Shown here piece by piece: positions 39,290-52,830 of a DNA stretch of 64,000 nt. Source of the stretch: Enoplolaimus lenunculus. Taxonomy: Eukaryota. How positions within the stretch are numbered: position 1 is the first letter of the stretch; each line of letters starts with the position of its first letter. Location of the stretch: assembly GCA_030248215.1 (NCBI GenBank), contig JASANG010001276.1, forward strand, positions 248,001-312,000, written 5' to 3'. The translations under genes and the position numbers were made by a program. The notes below the pieces were generated by a model. The model had not been told where the DNA came from. It was given only the letters and a program-made list of their open reading frames with translations, and searched no databases.

Positions 39290-39550
39290 CCCTTCTCGCA
39301 TGAATATTTTCAATTTCATATGAGATGTAAGTTAAGGTAGGATTCGATCCCCAGACTCTCGGGTGGGAGGTGTTTACGATGACCACTACAGCTCTAGGAG
39401 CTTGACGCTCAAGCCCGAAGGGGCTCTCACGTCTTGTAGTGATTTTTCACTGCACATGTGTTTGAATTTTTAAACACTGCTCACAGTGTCTGTGTTGCTC
39501 GTATATTACTCGTATTTAGTTGCTCATAGTATACTCTATGAGTAAAAGGG
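39290..39550 (-). mobile_element. TTAA-type tRNA-cassette MITE, diverged subfamily
   Basis: TTAA|CCCTTCTCGCAT...ATGAGTAAAAGGG|TTAA; shares the CAAGACGTGAGAGCCC hairpin and CCTCCCAC region. Another diverged copy at 41306-41760 is interrupted by a CACTG MITE (41447-41655). Confidence 0.75.
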
Positions 39551-41857
39551 TTAAAGTTGAATTTCAAGGCAAGCGTAGGTGATAATATGGATGGCATAAA
39601 GAGGGGGCGTTATGCCATAATTTCAGACGCCAGTTTTCTTCCATGTGGGTGTCCTGTTTTCCTGCAGTGATATTTCGCCAAACTTCGCGAGCAAAACGAT
39701 CGAGAAGCCAATCACATTACTTATACAAATCCAGCACAAATATTGATGTTAGATCGGTATGCCCATGTAAGGATCAGGGGCGGACCGTTTTTCTGTCGGA
39801 CTGCAATAGAGTAATCTTAAGCTTTAATCTATTTTTTCCGCTTGGATTAGACTTCGGCTTAAGCTTAGGCTTAGGAATATGCTCATTCTTATACGCTTAG
39901 GCTTAGGAATACGCTTATAATACTGTTCAGTCCCCGTTCTTTGCATTGGCCGATCGGTGAAACCGAATTCAAACCAAATTCGACGCTTTTCAAACGATGT
40001 CCTCTAAATTAAAGGTATTTCAAGGCTAATATTTGAATTGCAGGGTTTTGAAGGAGTATTATGGATTTTCAAGGCTATGGACACTCCAGCCGCCCTGAAG
40101 GATATATCTCATGTAAAATCTAGGCGCGTATGAGATTTATGCTATTTTACTACAAACAAAATAAAGCAGATTTTCAATATAAAAGCTACGACTTATGCTT
40201 CCGCGTTTGCGAGGTGACATAAAACCAACATCAGCGGCAAACTTATTATTTAAGACGTAAATTTGAAATGCATATTAAAAGTTTGGCCCATGTTACTTTA
40301 AGGGGTGTCCAGGTTTCTGGTAGGTCTATAAAACAGCGGGTTTAGATTCTAGGTTACATTTTTTGCTTAGGCTTAGGCTTAGACTTAGGCTTTGGAAAAC
40401 ATTTTTGCAACGCTTAGGCTTAGACTTAGGCTTAGGAAAACCCTAAATTTACTGTTACGCCTCTAAAAGTAACATTGGTCAAAAGTTTTATACAATGTAG
40501 AAAATTGACAAAATAAAGTCCCCAATTAAAACCAGCTTTATTCTTGCTATCCAACAACATTTTAGTGAGTTTATAGACAAAATGTTAAATGCAGATATTG
40601 TAATGACAGTCATTGAAGAAACCTGAAATTTTTACCTACTCATAGAGATTCTAATTCAAGTAGTTGACAAATAATCCTTAAATTAATTTAATTTGAAAAC
40701 GAATTGAAATTAAGGCACGCCTTAATTGAACTGTACTATTTGAAAGAAACGTTGATAACTAAAATTACTGGGCGAGCCACGAAACGACTATAAACCTAAA
40801 TAGAACTGCATATTTGAAGAAACGTTGATAACTAAAATTTCTAACATACAGTTTAGTATGAGCAGCATAGCGCAAGCTGTGCACTCGCAATAATATACAA
40901 TATGAACAGCATTTACTCAATATGAATATCATGGAGGTTACGATTGTGGATGTTTCAAAATTAGCGGATGCAGATTGTTGGACTCAACATCATCGGATGC
41001 GTATGTTTTTTAAATTCTGATTTCTAAGCTTTTCAATTTTGTCGTCATGGATTCAAACATTTTACAGACAAATATAAATATTGTAACTTTTCAAAAAATT
41101 ATTACTAGTCTGCCAATGTACAAATGCTGCGTAGCAAGGTTTAGCACTGCTTAACGTTTCCTTGTGTAAATTTTTAAAATTAACCAGAACAAGTAAAATG
41201 ACTGCTTCCGTTGGGGAATGGAGAGCGGCGGTGCGGTATATGACGCCTGGGTCCACGTCCGGAATCCTGGAAACCGATTTTTTGGCTAAACTTATCGTAC
41301 ATTAATCCTTTTTGTCATAGAGTACACTATGAGCAACAAAATACAAATAGCATACAAGCACTACATAAAGTGCCTGTGTTAAAGAGTGCATTGTAAAGTC
41401 GTCACAACACCTGGGAGCTCTCTTGTTCTCGAGTGTCCAGCTCCTACACTGCAAAAAATGGTGAGTCAAACTGACTCTCCAAAATAGGCATTTCTTGCCT
41501 ACACAAACTGAGTCAAAATTCGACTCCGCCAGAGTCCCACGTCAGACTCAGTCAGTCGAAATTGACTCGGTCAGAGTCGAATTTTGACTCAGTTTATGTA
41601 GTCAGGAAAAGCCTATTTCGGAGAGAGTCGATTTGACTCACCGTTTTTTGCAGTGTGCAGTTGAGTGACGACGGCTGACGACTCCCTCACTGTGTGGAGT
41701 TCGAACCATTGGCTGAGATCAGATCTCATAAAAATAGAAAAATATCCATTTGAGAAACGTTTAAATAACGAATTCGAATATTTTCACAGATAAATCTATT
41801 CACAGTTAAACTTTACAACAATACTCGCTTCAAATGCTATCACAAACGTTAGTTCGT

Positions 41858-44800
41858 TTAGCGTCGTTTCTTTGATCCTCTGCGGTTTCTCGAGCTGTCT
41901 CTTGATTTCTTAAACAATGCAAAATTAATATATGACCCAAGGTATATTGGCTCTTACTACAACCGGTCGGCAAACCTAAAAACGAGTTTTAATTTACATC
42001 GGCATACTTGAGTTTGCGATGTGCAATTTTAATTTTTGGTTTCTAAAAACTTTTTATTAAAAATAACCAGTTTAATTTATTTGATCGGACAATTCAAAAT
42101 ATTCAGGAAAATGATATTTTCGACAAAATGCCGTGGCAACTAAGCTTTGGCATGGCTTCCTCCAAAATCTGAACCTTCCACTGCGTTTAGGCTCCACCCT
42201 AAAGTTTGGGATGACCTCTCTCATTGTCTTCATCGGCACTAAAGCGGCGTTCACAATACAAAATTTGGCCTGGCCACAAAATGTGTCCCATCCCAGGGTT
42301 AACCAGTGGTCGTTGACCGTACCTCAACGAAAATTTTCCCTTGACCCTACATCAACGAGTAGTCAGTGCCACTCGTAGATGCAGGGTCAACATTTTTTTT
42401 ACAACCCCTGACACGCGTTGACCCTACCTCAACGTAAGTTTGTGACACACGTTCCCCCCCCCCCGAGGCAGGGTCAAAAACAACCCCAACCCTTGACCCT
42501 ACCTCAACGTAAGTTTGTGAACAGTGAGGGTCAACCAAATAAATATATATATTTGTATTTACAACACACATAATTGTTATATGTGTGGGCTAGCGCTAAC
42601 CCTGGGTCAGCGCAACACTAGTTTTGTGGCAAATTTTAACGAAAATTTGAAATGATGCATTTGAAGTGATTTGAAGTGGCGGATATGGTAGATGGTTATT
42701 TTTCACATTTCCGGGGGGTAGGTATTTTACAATCAGGGTTATTTTTCACATTTCCGGGGGGTAGGTATTTTACAATCAGGGTTATTTTTCACATTTCCGG
42801 GTACATTGTACGAATTTTACAATCAGGGTAATTTTTCACATTTCCGGGTGCATTGCAGGTATTTTACAGTCAGGGTTATTCTTCACATTTCCAGTGGATT
42901 ACTAGTTTTTAGGCTACGATTTTAGGTTCAGGTATGAGTTCATTCTTAAAGGTTTAGAAATAATAGTCAAACGGTGGCCGCGAGCTAGCGTATTCAAGTA
43001 TTCAACACTCAATGCAGTACTTTGTATATACTTGTTAAATATATTTGTATACTTGTATAACGCTGCCTGATACGGTAGATAAAAAAATGTGTTTATTGTT
43101 TAACATATCCGTGGGGGGAGGGGATAACTTAGTTGTTAGGAGGAACAGATAAATTTGGGAAGGGCACAACCGGCCAATACGGCGCATAATATGTGAGAAG
43201 GATCGCAGTCAAAATCGGATGTAAATAACTCACAGTTCATCTAATTTTACCTCCTGCCCACTCTCAATCGAACTTGTGTTGGTCGCAGTAGCAATTAGCA
43301 ATAAAGACATAAAAAAATCCCTAAGAATTTTACTTCTATCGTTCAATCGATCGAAATTGTATCGGTCACAGTCACAAAAGAAATAAAAATGTATTTACTA
43401 CCTTTTAATGATACATTGTGCGGCACTTTGAATATTCAAACCTTTTACAATAAAAAACCATTAAATGAGTTTGAATGTGTTTTCTTTTAACTTTACGAAC
43501 AGCAAACTCTTGGTGTTTTCTTTTAACTTTGAGTCTAAGAAAAATTTGTTAATTTTGCGAAATTTTGCCACAAAATTGAGTTTTCTTTAACTCTACACTA
43601 ACGCACACTAAACGCAGCAATTTTATTAGTTCGTTATGTGTGCAACTAAATATTAACACGCAATCGAACACACACGCGTATGTATTGCGTGTGTACAGGT
43701 TTATTAAGGTTTGACAAGTGTTGACCCTACCTCAACGCGTGGCACAGAGCAATTTGTGACACATTGAGATAGGGTCAACAGAAATTATACGTTGAGGTAG
43801 GGTCAACGCGTGTGAGGGGTTGTAAATAACGTGTCGACCCTGCATCAACGAGTGACACAAACCACTCGTTAAGGTAGGGTCAACTGAAAATTTTCGTTGA
43901 GGTAGGGCCAACCACCAATTATGTGGCTAGGCCAAATTTTTAAACATGTTGGACAATTAAGCGTCTACCTGCGTTTTTTCAAATCCCGGATCCAAAATAA
44001 AACCACATGCATGTTAAATTATTGTAAAACTGATTCGCGGAATAGTTAAACTTTACAGGTTGTTCAAATAACAAATTTTGATAATACAAATCAAACAACA
44101 TACCTTTCTACCCTTTTTCTTTTCTTTCTTTTCTTCTTCCTCTTCATCTTCACTGTACTCCTCTTCTGATTCATTCTCGTCTTCGTAGTCTTCTCCTTCT
44201 TCATCTTCTTCGTAGTACTCTTCTTCGTCGTCTTCTTCTTCGTCATAATATTCGTCTTCGTCGTCAGATTTTGGTTTCGCTCGTCCTTTGCTTTTTCTTC
44301 GACTTGCTTTGCTTCCTTTTCGACTGCTGCTTTTCCGGGATGATTTTGCAGAACTTTTTCCATCGTCGCTTCGTTTACTTTTCGAGCTTCCGCGTCGGGG
44401 CCTAAAATGTATGTCAATTTGAACATATCGTTGATGCTTGAAAATATTTTTTTTCAAGTTTATCGCCAAATTTATCTTTTTCCATGTGAATTTAATGTAT
44501 TTTGTTACAGAAGTATAATAAATCCCAAAAAAATTATGCGTTATGAATGGTTTGCAATGAGGATGCTGTCGGACGAGTCTAAAATTCTGCTAACGAGTCA
44601 GTGTTTGTTATACAGTTTGGCTTGTGTGTCGCTAACGTCTAGTTTTTGGTTTGGGCTAAAAGGTAGGCGTGCAATTAAGCGCGCATTAACCTGAGTAGCC
44701 GGAACCAAAACTCTAAGCCAACAACAACAAATTTGGTTACCATATTCTATATTTGACATAGGACACATGTGATTGTTAGCCCCGATACGCAGTTAAGGTA

Positions 44801-47800
44801 GGTATATTTTTAAGTCTGTTTATTTTACAGCTTGCAAAAGTACAATTTTTCAAGTCGTTCCACAAATTTTGGGAAGGTATGTCTCCCCGTATCTTCTCTT
44901 GTATACGTCGCTACCACGAACGTAGCTCCGGCTACCCATTTTTCGCGACCTGCTTTATGCAGTCTAAATTTTTGTCGTCTAAATATCTGAAAAACGCCGA
45001 ACTATCCTGTACCTAAAGCACAATTCAAAACAAACATCGCAAACGAAGCGAACAAAAGGCCAGGTGCTACTAATTTTCACTTGTTTCTATGAACACCGCC
45101 GTATGCAAACGTTCTTGACACTTGAAGTGACAGAAAAATAAACATCCGGAGCGAAGCGAGCGACCAGCCAGGCGTAATTTGACGATCTAATCTAAGTTTA
45201 CGATACACTTACTAATACTGAGAAGCGACCTCGTTGTGAAATATATACGTGAATTAAGAACACGTTCAGTAGTAGCCCATAAGCGTTCAATAGAACAAAG
45301 TTTACCGCATTGTTTCTAAATAATTTTATATGCCACCACAGCATCTATGCAAAATCATTTTGATCACTCTTCCTTTATGTCTGATTTGAAGTCTGTAGTC
45401 TCCTCGGATCCCGTTCGACTCGCCCGGGCACCATCCAGATACGCGTCCGTCGCTATAGTCACAACTTACTTTTCATCACGATGAGCAGTAACGATGTAAT
45501 ATTCGCCATGCATAAGCTCGTCAGGATCGTCAACTTCTTTTCCTTTCTCGTTCCACACATATTTGACCGGTTCTTCCATATCTTCTTCAAATTTTCGATC
45601 CAACATATCGTACACTTGATCCATTTTTGTCACATTTGGACGAATCAACAACGGTTTTGCTCTAAATAAAATTGTTATTGAAGTTAAGGGTTGCGCTATA
45701 CTTGTCGTACGGCGTCGTCCGTCAGCCATACGGCACCGACCGTTATCACACGCTTTGATACGGAAATAATCGTGACGCGCGGTGACGGACGGCGCCGGAC
45801 GTCATCAAAGGTATAGCGCTACCTTAAAATAACAAAATAGTGTGGTAAAGAGAAACTAATAGAGTAACAAACTGACTGAAACCATTCGCGAAGCGTTTTA
45901 TGTTTTGTACTCTGGGGTCGAAAGGCGGATGTCCGTCCGTTCGTCTGACCGTCTCTCCGTCTGTCCGTCCGATAAGAATCTCAGGAACGGCTAAACCGAT
46001 TTTGACAAACTTTTTTTGTTTGAAAGCCAATTATCCTGGGGTGTTAACCTCGCATTGGGGTTTCAAAATTTTAAGTTGTTTATTAGCTACAGATTAATTT
46101 GCATAATTATTTAAGCCTAAATTAGGACTTTCTACATTATTTCACTAATTATTACAGTCACAGGCAATCGAATTTCAACACTGAAGGGTTCTTGGGTACG
46201 AGGAATCTAAATAGACTGTTTGCAAACCTCCAAAACCGATAATTGAGTACTTAGCTAATAGATAGTTTGCATATAAGCATAATTGATAAGCCTAAATTAG
46301 GCGTTTTTACAATGTGTCACTAATTATTAGGGTTACAAGCAATCTAATTTCAGCAATAATGGGCTTTTGGGTGCGAGGAATCTGAATAAATTGTTTACAA
46401 ACCCCCAAAACCGATGATTAAATAGTTAGCTCATAGCTAATTTGCATATTTGCTTAATTGACAAGACAAAATTAGGACCTTCTAAATTATTTCAATAATT
46501 ATTAGGGTGACTGAAGGGTTTTTGGATACGAGGAATCTGAGTAAATTGCTTACAGACCTTCAAAACGGACAAATGAATAGTTAGCTAATAACTAATTTGC
46601 ATATTACCTTAATTGCTTACGTGTGTTCGAGCTTCGCCCAATAAATGTAGTTCCACTGCGACTGGTATTTATCTTAGAAAATTTTATCCGAAAAACTCGC
46701 ATCGTGGGCAGGCTTGTCATAACTGGGCCCATGGGCGGTCACAGGTAAATGTACGAGTGTGGAGCTGCATCAAATATGCTCCTTGAGCAATTTTCTATAC
46801 AATTATGTATAACAAAAATGTGTTTAAATATCGGCTCATGTATTGAACAGTGTCGGATCGTTTTTCGGAGGAGCTGTAATAGAGTCAGTTTAAGCTTTAG
46901 ACTAACTTTTTTGCTTAGGCTTAGGCTTAGAAAAAGGTTCATCATTACGCTTAGTTTTGGCTTACGCTTAGGCTTAAGAAAATGCTTATACTACTGTTCT
47001 AGCCCTGTTTTATGCATGAGTAGAATATCTATGTATTCGACCACAAGGCTACGCCAAAACTTCAAGTTTTATTTCAAAATTGAGGCTTAGGCTTAGGATT
47101 ATAGTATAACATGATTTTGTTACTGACGTATACTTTCTATGTGAATCAAACAAAATATATGATAGCAAAATGTTTAAACTTACAATCGATCAGTCTGATC
47201 TTCGAACTTGAAATACACGCGCCTAACGGGATGTTTTTTCTTCTGCTCTTGAATCTTTTTCTAAAACAATAAAAACAATTACTTAGGCAATGCAAGATTT
47301 GCTGTTAGGTCCAAAAATACATCAGGTTAGTTTACTAAAAACGTTATGTTATACATTTTGCCGATTGCCACTAGGTTTTGTATCTTATCAGTGAATTGAA
47401 AGGTACCAAAGCTGAGCAGTACTTTTCTCTCTAACTAATTAAATGCCATGGTTCAACCGGAATTTTTGTTCCGGCCGGAATTCCTGCAAAAATTCGTTTC
47501 CTGTTCCTGTTCCTGTTCCTGTATTCAAAGATGCAGTTGTTTGAAAACCTATCGGGTACATACAATCGGTGCTGTACACAACTGAGAATATGGTTCACAA
47601 TACAACGTCATAGAGAATTATCCAAGCAGGCAAGTTCCTGTCACACAGAACATTGTCTTCAATCTTCATGGCCTTTCCATTTGCTGTCAAATTTCCTTTT
47701 ACGATTAAACAGATTAAAGATAATTTTATTTTCATTAGCAGTTGAACTAGAATTTTTTGACAACGCAGGTTCAAAGAGTCTGTTGATTATATTTAAAAAG

Positions 47801-50236
47801 CTTTTGTGAGGTTAATGTAAAAGCATACAAACAGTTATTTCAATTAAAATTGTACCTTGAGTATCGCTTCTTCGTCTGAGCTGTCTGGCTCCAAATCTCG
47901 TAAGCGTTCGTATCTGAAACTCAAATAAAGTGACTCAGTAGAATATGTAAGAATAACCTGCGTAATCTATTTACCATATCCTGTTTTACCGTTTATTTGC
48001 TATTAGACTTTGACACCATTATATCTTGCTTCAGGCCCGTAGCCAGCTCACATTGCTAGTGGGGGAGGGGCAAAAATTATTCAGGAGGGGCATTCAACGG
48101 TTTTCAATGACTTCAAGCAAGGTTGAAAATGTTCTAGAAGGGCAAAATTTTTCCATGGGGGCTCAGCCCCGCACCCCTTGGCTACGGGCCCGATTTGCTC
48201 TATACAATATTGCACTAAGGTTACGTTGCTAGCGGGACGCTAAAAATTTTCGGGGCATACAAGGGTTTTCGATGACTTTACAAGCAAGGTTAACAATTTT
48301 CTATGGGGGGAGCAAAATTCTTCCAAGAGGATCAACCCCCTCTAGCTACGGTTCCGATGATAACGTAAACTATATGCACACTTTCAAACGCCAAATTCAT
48401 CCATGTAAGGTAATAATTTACAATCAAAAAACTAATACATATCAACAATGCTATGAGTCTTTGTAGCGCTTTTGTTGCAGAATAATTTTTGATTCCCATT
48501 GTAACCAAAGCGGTCGTTGGCACCCTTACGCTGCATAGATTATGCTTGCAAGGCTTGGAAACCCAAAAGTGGCCAATCAGGCCACTTTGTATTATCCTCA
48601 GTGACAGACCAAAGAAACGGGCTTTGAAAGCATCTCTGCGCATCCTTGATTTTAACCCTGCTGATACGATAACAACTGGGCGAGTGTTCCATAGGTAATA
48701 TATAATACGACTGTCTAAATATTCTGTATATACCCGCCACGTATTTCTTTGTAGCCTTCATCGCCACACGCCACAAATTGATCTTGAAAGCTTGCTTCTA
48801 ATTCTTCAATTGTTTCTATTTTTCGAGTTCCACGTGGTGTATATAAAATTTCAAGCGGACCTGAATAAAAAGTAGAATTATTATAAACCATCACACAATT
48901 AATACATCAGTTAAATAAATAATACTCAAAACAGTAATAAATAGCAAGCAGTGAAACTACTCATAAAATGAGTGTTTTTTAAAGTTTAAGGTATGTATAT
49001 GCGTTATATCAAGAGTACATGATACAAGAGTGTGTAACTCTTGAGGTCCCGCATGGTACAAAATGAGAACCATTGGATGTTGCGTTTTTGACCGATCCCC
49101 TTATTTGAGAGGGGGTCGTTATCACGTGCAATACCCCTGAATTAAACTATAAGCGGATCATTTCTGATGGCGGATACATAGGCAGTGCCATAGTTCTCAC
49201 ACGCTGTACCGGCCTGTACATAAGGGGGGTCGGCCAAAAACGCAACGCGTGGCGGGTACATTTGGTACCATGTGGAATCCCAAAAGTTGCACAATCTTGC
49301 AGCATGCACTCTTGGTTATACTCATCCTGACCACCGACAAGATAGCGTACGTCAATCGCTTACTGTAGTGACCCGCATAAGGGGGGTAATAAGAGGGTGT
49401 CCCCATTTTGGGTCCCAAATAATGGAAGTCCGTATCCCTAATAAGAGTCCGTAACGGATAGGGTCTCTAAACCTTAATTAGAGTATGTAAATTTCAAGTA
49501 TCCCTAATTGTAGTGTATAAATGACTTCAGAACCAAATAAAGTTGAGTTCGAAACTTTAGAGCGTACTTAAGTTTTGAAAGTACATTCCTAAGTATAACC
49601 TTACATTATCGCTGAAGCTATTGACACAAGACAAATAAACGTTTAATTCAACGGATAGTTGCAAAGAGATGGGTGTTAGATCCAACTAACAAAATACGGC
49701 GGAGGGCGGGTTAAAAATAAACAACAGTCCGTAACCGAACAACAGGGGGCATCCTCTGGAGATGCCAAATAAATATTAGTCCCCCCTCTTATTCGTGTCA
49801 CTGCAGTACACATTCAAATCGTACACAATTTGTTCAACTCAGTGAAATCAAAACGTGCCCATCGCTTAAATACTAATTAAATTTAACTTTTCTTAAATTT
49901 CAATACGGTTTACACCCCCGAAACAGTTCAAAATTTCACGTCGTCCCACTCAAACTTACCATCATACTTTGGTTTAACAGCAGTCTCGAGCTCTTCCATC
50001 AAATGGTCCCAATCCTTAATCTTTCGTGAACTGTACGTATACTCAACTGGACGATTGCTTGGATCGCCATTTCGATAAATGAAAATTTCTTTCGCAAAAT
50101 GTCCATTAACGTCAATGCGACCGCCGGCACCGCCAACCCATGAACCACCATACTTACTCATCCTCGCGATGTCTGTGGCTCGTTTGCCATATCCTCCGTA
50201 ATAAGTAAAACCATGTCGGCCGCATTTGCTTTCCAT
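41858..50236 (-). CDS. Tandem doublecortin (DCX)-domain protein, DCDC2-like, ~359 aa, with Ser/Lys/Arg-rich and Asp/Glu-rich tail
   Basis: Exons 50236-49960, 48860-48734, 47913-47856, 47260-47184, 45661-45470, 44401-44104, 41908-41858 join in frame (1080 nt). DCX1: IFIYRNGD..WDHLMEEL..ILYTPRGTRKIETIEEL..FVACGDEGY. Degenerate DCX2: VKYVWNEKGKEVDDPDELMHGEYYIV. The last exon uses an AAG acceptor and is less certain. Confidence 0.8.
42260..43940. mobile_element. ~1.7-kb non-autonomous TIR element with multiple subterminal 17-mers
   Basis: Ends AAAATTTGGCCTGGCCACA / TGTGGCTAGGCCAAATTTT; ~130-bp imperfect inverted arms (~42310-42440 vs ~43790-43915); about 10 copies of TTGACCCTACCTCAACG; ~41-bp tandem repeats at ~42690-42890. 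Confidence 0.75.
45688..45824. mobile_element. PIF/Harbinger-like MITE with CCGTCACCG(T)GCGGCG repeats
   Basis: TAA|GGGTTGCGCTATAC...GTATAGCGCTACCT|TAA; copies approx. 20253-20400, 25592-25780 (TTT flanks), 51180-51447. Confidence 0.7.
45860..46718 (+). mobile_element. DINE-1/HINE-like non-autonomous Helentron
   Basis: (GTCC/GTCT) microsatellite followed by ATCTCAGGAACGGCT..ACCGATTT core, three ~176-bp central tandem repeats (~46110-46615), and a 3' end at ...GGGCAGGCTTGT. This is the known DINE-1 architecture; boundaries approximate. Confidence 0.6.
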
Positions 50237-50574
50237 TTGTATAAATTTGCTGAGGAAATAAATGAAACTTGAGACACAAATCAGTTACTTCGTGCGCAGT
50301 GAAACTCGCAATTTGTGTTGAAAAGATTTCAAAAGATTTTAACTGAATATAAATATTGAGAAATTTAGTGATATTTTGGCTAAATTTAATCTCAAATGAA
50401 AGCAATAATGTTTAGACACAAACATGGATAATTTTCCAAAACCTACCAAGCTCTGAGGAAATTTTTGCGTTCGGATCACGGATTACTATGAAGATCGACG
50501 CTAAACCTACGGATTTTCAAGCGTGCCGGTAGTTATACAGGTTGGAACCATAAAGCGTACACTTTCATTCGTTA

Positions 50575-50844
50575 AGAAATGGTCTCTCATATGTTGTAAA
50601 AGGAAATTATGCCCAAACAGGGGCTTGAGCAACATAAGAACGTATATATTGCTTCGAGATAATATTACGTAGTGCCACTTCAGTTGTAAGTTACAGCGTT
50701 TGTGTCCACAATGGCGAACGTAATATAACTTTCAACTGATGTAACACTACGTAATATTATCTCAATCCAAAATGTACGTTCTCATTTTGCTCAAGCTTCT
50801 ATTCGGGTATAATTTTCATTAACAATATATGAGAGACCATTTCT
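50575..50844. mobile_element. Palindromic fold-back MITE upstream of the DCX gene
   Basis: AGAAATGGTCTCTCATAT...ATATGAGAGACCATTTCT with inverted similarity continuing to the centre. Confidence 0.7.
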
Positions 50845-52559
50845 CAAAATTTTGGCTCTGCTACGAGATTGGCAGTCATAGACATGTAAGCCATTCTATT
50901 TTCAGGTTTACTGACTTTTATCTGAATACTCACTTTAACTAAACAGCATTATTTTTAAGTTCATTTTGCCTCTGTTCAACTATGCGGCTCGTGTTACTAT
51001 TCGATACGTCCGCGTCGTCGTGGAGTAGCGATAGAGAAGACTTAAGCATTAAACCATTCTTTAAAGCTTAGGCTTTCGAACTTATGTATGGTTTTAGATG
51101 TTTATCCTTGCGATTCAGTTTAGGTTTAGGCTTAGGAGAAGAAATTAGACTTGGGCTTATGCTACATCCATAACTGTAAGAGTTCGTGCGTCACCCGCAC
51201 GGCCCCATCCATCACCGTGAGTCACCCGTACGGCATTGACGTCATCCGTGCGGCGGCGTCCATCACCGTTCGTACCATACGTTATCGTACATGAGTTATA
51301 TTTGCGTACAATACCGCACGGTCACCGACAGCACCACACGTGTGACGCATGGTAAGGTACGATGCCGTACGGGTGACACATGGTGACGTACGGCGCCGTA
51401 CGGGTGACGGACGCGCGCCGGACGTCAACAAAAGTACACCGCAACCCGAACAATGGTCTGTTTTGATTTGTTTACCACGCCAAGTACCGTTTCGCAATAC
51501 CGGTTGACGGCAAAAACAAAATATTACGTGAATCATATATTACCATAATTAATCTAAATACCAATGCGACAGACGAATCCGATAAACATGTTAATAGTGA
51601 TTCATTCATTGCCAGTAAAGACTTCGTGTTCGCAGAGCGTAAAACCAACATGAGCCGATTGCTCTCAGAGCAAACAGCATGTTTGGAAACCTCAAAACAA
51701 GTAACAAATACGCCTTCTAAGACTTTACGGGAACTTAGGTTTTCTGTCATGGACAATCTATTGAACAGTGATGAAAGCGAAAAAAAACCTGGGTGCAAAA
51801 CTAAAGCATATATAAGCAGAAGAGGTTCACTCGGAGCATTCATGTATTTGGTTGCTAAGGTTTTGGAACAGGCCGAATACACTGTTTCGTTATTAACATA
51901 TTCTAAACACTGTGTGTTAGTAATCCAATAGAAATAATTCTGAGAATAACAATGGCCGTTCATGGTTGCTAACGTGTGATATACCTTTACATTGAAAATG
52001 CCTAAGGTGTCAGCAAGTTTCGGTCTCTCATGGTCCTGGCAAATATATGTGATTGTTAAATTAAAAAAAAAGTTAAAATATGGTGTGTTAAGTTTGAGAA
52101 CTAAGGTAAAAATGCATAGAGAAGTTAAAAACTAGAGTCTGTCGTGTTTTACCCAGTTGACTGACACATGCAAATGAGGGTACAGTGGACCCATAGCATT
52201 ATATCTGATCGAGCTGGAAATTTGAAACTTTGATTTCGGTTTAATTTGGTTGCGATCAAAGCCGGTGTCTAGCTCATAACATCAATGATCTAGTAAATTT
52301 CGCTATATAAAGGGCATTGCCGGAGCAGACACGGGGCTCACTCCGAACTCCAAGGTGGGGTGCCCTACCTCGCGAGCGAAGTGAGATAGAAGACAGACGC
52401 TTTTTAAAACTTCGGCGGTTTTGTTTCAACCAGTTAGAGTACGGGCCACTTTAGGAGTGGGCTCCTTTAAGGGTGCCTACCCAAATGGGGGGTATGAGGG
52501 GTGGGTGCTCCGGCCCTGATAGTCGGCACAGTATTCGATTAAAATCCGTTTTAGAATAC

Positions 52560-52830
52560 TCTGCGCCCTTAATCCCAATATCCCGGGTAATATCCCAATT
52601 TCCCAAAATCCTGAGCGAAAAAGGCTGCGCCCAAAATCCCAATTTTCCGAAATAAAGGCTGCGCCCAAAATCCCAATTTCTCTGGAAATATCCCAATTTT
52701 CCAAAATCCCAAATTCCCACAATCGCGAGGGAAAACGGAAAATCCCCAATAGACCGGCCATAATATCCGAATTTCGGCCCACGTTACTATAAACGCCGTC
52801 CCAATTTCCCGGGACACAAATATACCCGGA
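52560..52830 (+). repeat. AAATCCCAATTTCCC-rich tandem repeat, left part of the PLE host element
   Basis: Same units (CCCGGGTAATATCCCAATTTCCCAAAATCCTGAGCGAAAA..GCTGCGCCC) resume at 59199-59740. Confidence 0.8.

Noticed and set aside
51472..51963. Overlapping ORFs of 163 aa (-) and 101 aa (+)
   Set aside because: No recognisable motif and no convincing splice partners; cannot be supported from sequence alone.
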